Below, one piece after another: positions 61,378 through 64,000 of a stretch of DNA of 64,000 nt; positions within the stretch are counted from its first letter, which is position 1, and every line of letters begins with the position of its first letter. The notes under the pieces are model-generated. The model saw only the letters and a list, made by a program, of their open reading frames with translations. It was not told the origin of the DNA and ran no database searches. Both the position numbers and the translations under genes were made by a program. Source of the DNA: Ostrea edulis (taxonomy: Eukaryota); the NCBI RefSeq assembly GCF_947568905.1, contig NC_079167.1, positions 30,938,001 to 31,002,000 of the forward strand. The letters run 5' to 3'.

Positions 61378-63998
61378 TTAATACCCGTAAGGGAGGGTGT
61401 TGTAATGGTGAACCCGTTGTCTCTTGTCGTACACCACGCGGTATTTCTTTACTAAGGGGATGGTGCGAACATCGTGATGACGTGTTCTTTGAATAAAGTG
61501 GGGGTAACGCACGTTGACTTCTTCCTCCCATTTCAACATTTTTTCTAAGGTGGTGAGGGAAACGATCCTGGAAGCTCGATAATTGAGCGTCAAACCTTTG
61601 ACTTTACACATTGATTTTCCGCCCTGGGTCTCATACGCGTAATTTTTAGGTCCTCCCGACATGTATTTGACGATGTGGTCACCACCCAATTCATCGGTCC
61701 AACCTCCTAAGCTGTTGATGATGGTGGGGTTGAACCGACTCTCATCGTGTTGGTAAATGATGCTGTCGGTATCGAAGTAGAGGACGCGATCCCCCAAAGG
61801 CTCTAGAGTCTCATAGAGATGTAAACGAGCGTGTGCGGTGGTAAAACACGCTAACACCACATTGCCAAAAGAACAGTCTTCTAAAAATTCTTCTTTTTCC
61901 TGATAATTGATCAGCATCATGTCGGTTTCGGGGTGATCTCGATTTTCCAGCAGCTCGACTCCTTTGATTTCTAGAGTGGCATCTTGTAATTTTTTCTGTA
62001 ATTCTTCTTCTTCGGTTAAATACTGTGTTTGTGGTAACTGTAATCGTTGTGCAAATTTCCCCCAGAGACAATTTAAAAAGAGTTTGGCAATGGTTCTACG
62101 GACGGGTTTTTTCTGAATATCTATTAGATTCATGAAGATGCCTTCTCGGCGCTGGATCTCACTGATGTATTCTTTTTTCTGTTCGCACGTTTGACATTCA
62201 TCGGGAAATCTGGAGGCTTCTTGTTTGATCTTCAAGAAAGTGTCGATGTAAGATCGAAACAAATCCTGGCTGGTCTTTTCAAAATGCCAGACTTCGTGGA
62301 TGCACTCGAGCCGATAGCCGAGATCTAGAGCTTTGTGTACTTCTACGGTCACCCAGGTTCCGGTCAGACTGCATTCTGAATCGGTGTGACTGCATCGATC
62401 GTCGGGTCCAAAGTTGCGATAATTGGCGCAGGTTCGGCATAAGGGGAAGAGTAATTTTCCTCCTGTCTTGTAGGGTAGCACGGGATGATACAGACCTCGG
62501 GGTGGGAGGACGCGGCAACGAATGAAGCCAAAGTACTCTCTCACATCGGCGAAATCGCTGGTGATGACTTGAGGATGGTCGATGGGAAACGGTTTGTATT
62601 TCAACACGTAAGGATACAGGGAACACATATCGACGTATCGCATGTCTCCCTCCTCGCAATACAGACGCGTGGCATTGGTACGACCCCCGTATAAGGTATC
62701 ACGGGGATTTAATGGGTCCTGAATATCGAGGTCTCGTAGGAATGTTTATAACTCCGGACTGTTTTTGACTTGTCGATCAAACTCGTGTTCCCAGATGCTC
62801 ACTAACGTATATCTTTGTTGCCTTAAGGCGGCGGCTCGTTTCAAGGTCTGCTCGTACAGGGTTTGATACGTCTGCTGGACTCGCTGGGGGTGGGTTTCGG
62901 TCAACAGATTCGGATAACAGGTGGGGCACCCGTGCCATTAGCAGCCGTAAAATTCATACACAGTGCGGGATTCCTCCTCGTAACCGTCCACCGTATAGGG
63001 TCCTATGGTGATTTCGCCCCCGTTCTTAGCATGACGCATGTTGCGGTCTAAGGAGGTGAGCCAGCGACAGGCCTTGGCCGAGTAGCGGCGCGACGGTTGG
63101 TAACCCATATTGGGGATTATGGCAATGGTGTCCTGTGACATGAATCCTCGTCGATACGCTAAATTAGCCGTGCTGACAAAAGTTATTGATTCCTGAAACG
63201 GGTCGACCCGGACGAGACTGTAGAGAGTCGACTTAAATTGCGCACAACAACGGCGTAAAATATCCACATCCGAGATACAGTAAGCCAAGAATTCCTTCTG
63301 AAAATCGAACACTTTCCCGGCCTGTTGATTGTACCAAGTATAGAAGGCTGCACGATTGGCGATCGACATGTCATCAGGATTGTAGTAGTGGGCATCCGGA
63401 TAAGGACCCACGTAATTCTGGTTCTGTTCCGTGTTGAAAAAAAAGGGGGGGGATAACCTTTTTTCAGTTCTGTTAATCCAAACGCAGAGGGCATCTTGGC
63501 GAGAGCAAAGGGGAGGAAATTGTACGAATCGACGAATCTCAAGCCGAACACTCCCATGCGCAAGATTTTACTGCCGTTGAGAATGACTGCGGGTTTGATG
63601 CAGGCCGTATGCACCAGATAGTTCAGGATGAACTGCCCATCGTATCCCTTGAAATTGTGCGCAATGACGGTAGTTTCATCGTGTTTGAAAGTCACATTAC
63701 CCTTCTCGTCCGTCTCGGATTGTAATAACCACTCCATAAACTGCTTTAAAGTGTCTGGGTCTTGAAATACGAAGCGGCGTTGCGATCCAAACGCTTGACA
63801 GTGTTCACAGCGCGTGTCGATGTCTAAACTGTCGCAATGTTGACACACGCGTTCGGCCACGCAGATATTAGGGGTGTGAACTCCGTTTTCCTGTGTACAT
63901 TCAAAATCGAAATATATGTACATTTTCAATTCCTTGTTAGGTTTGGGCTTGGGTTTCTTTTGAACGAAGCAGTAATGTGGGGTAGTGACGAGTTTCTT
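61378..63998 (-). pseudogene. polB: Protein-primed family B DNA polymerase (pPolB), 5' part outside the window
   Basis: ExoI YFDFE, ExoII AHNFKGYD, ExoIII YCISDVDIL, the insert VDGY..YEFYGC*WHG..WEHEF, LYGGRT, motif A VDMCSLYP, motif B KLFLNCLWGKF, motif C YFDTDS and GPKNY. There is one frameshift at the A8G8 run (63437-63452) and in-frame TAA stops at 62938-62940 and 62746-62748. The frame is open to the window edge (HYCFVQ). Confidence 0.95.
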
Positions 63999-64000
63999 AC

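Larger units (their letters stand above)
55832..64000 (-). mobile_element. Decayed, rearranged Maverick/Polinton (adintovirus-like) endogenous element, continuing beyond the window
   Basis: Compact, intronless, GC-richer co-oriented genes pPolB, IAP and packaging ATPase, plus repeat arrays. The right part (60088-64000) is secure; the left boundary is inferred. Confidence 0.8.

Overview
AT-rich animal genomic DNA, most likely a bivalve (oyster-like, judged from the repeat families), with two assembly gaps. I found no host protein-coding exon that I can support. The one clear host gene is a miR-124 hairpin at about 38.34-38.41 kb. It sits at the 3' end of a roughly 17 kb stretch (23.3-40.3 kb) in which I recognise no interspersed repeats. 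The rest is a dense patchwork of tRNA-type SINEs (two families sharing a 3' half), decayed Penelope-like retroelements (PLEs), Helentron-type non-autonomous elements, TTAA- and TA-flanked MITEs and minisatellites. Three different minimal type-I hammerhead ribozyme motifs (10.2, 11.35 and 15.4-15.5 kb) each lie next to (TA)n tracts; one is duplicated inside a perfect palindrome with 85-bp arms. The right end (about 55.8-64 kb) is a decayed, rearranged Maverick/Polinton (adintovirus-like) endogenous virus on the minus strand. It contains a protein-primed DNA polymerase B that runs off the window, a single-BIR plus RING inhibitor-of-apoptosis (IAP) gene and a packaging ATPase, all with stops or frameshifts. 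It also has a CA/GT-rich hierarchical repeat array, a ~885-bp inverted duplication and a candidate AGTAGT terminus at 55832. No integrase, capsid or protease gene is visible within the window. All calls come from reading the sequence by eye; no database searches were run.
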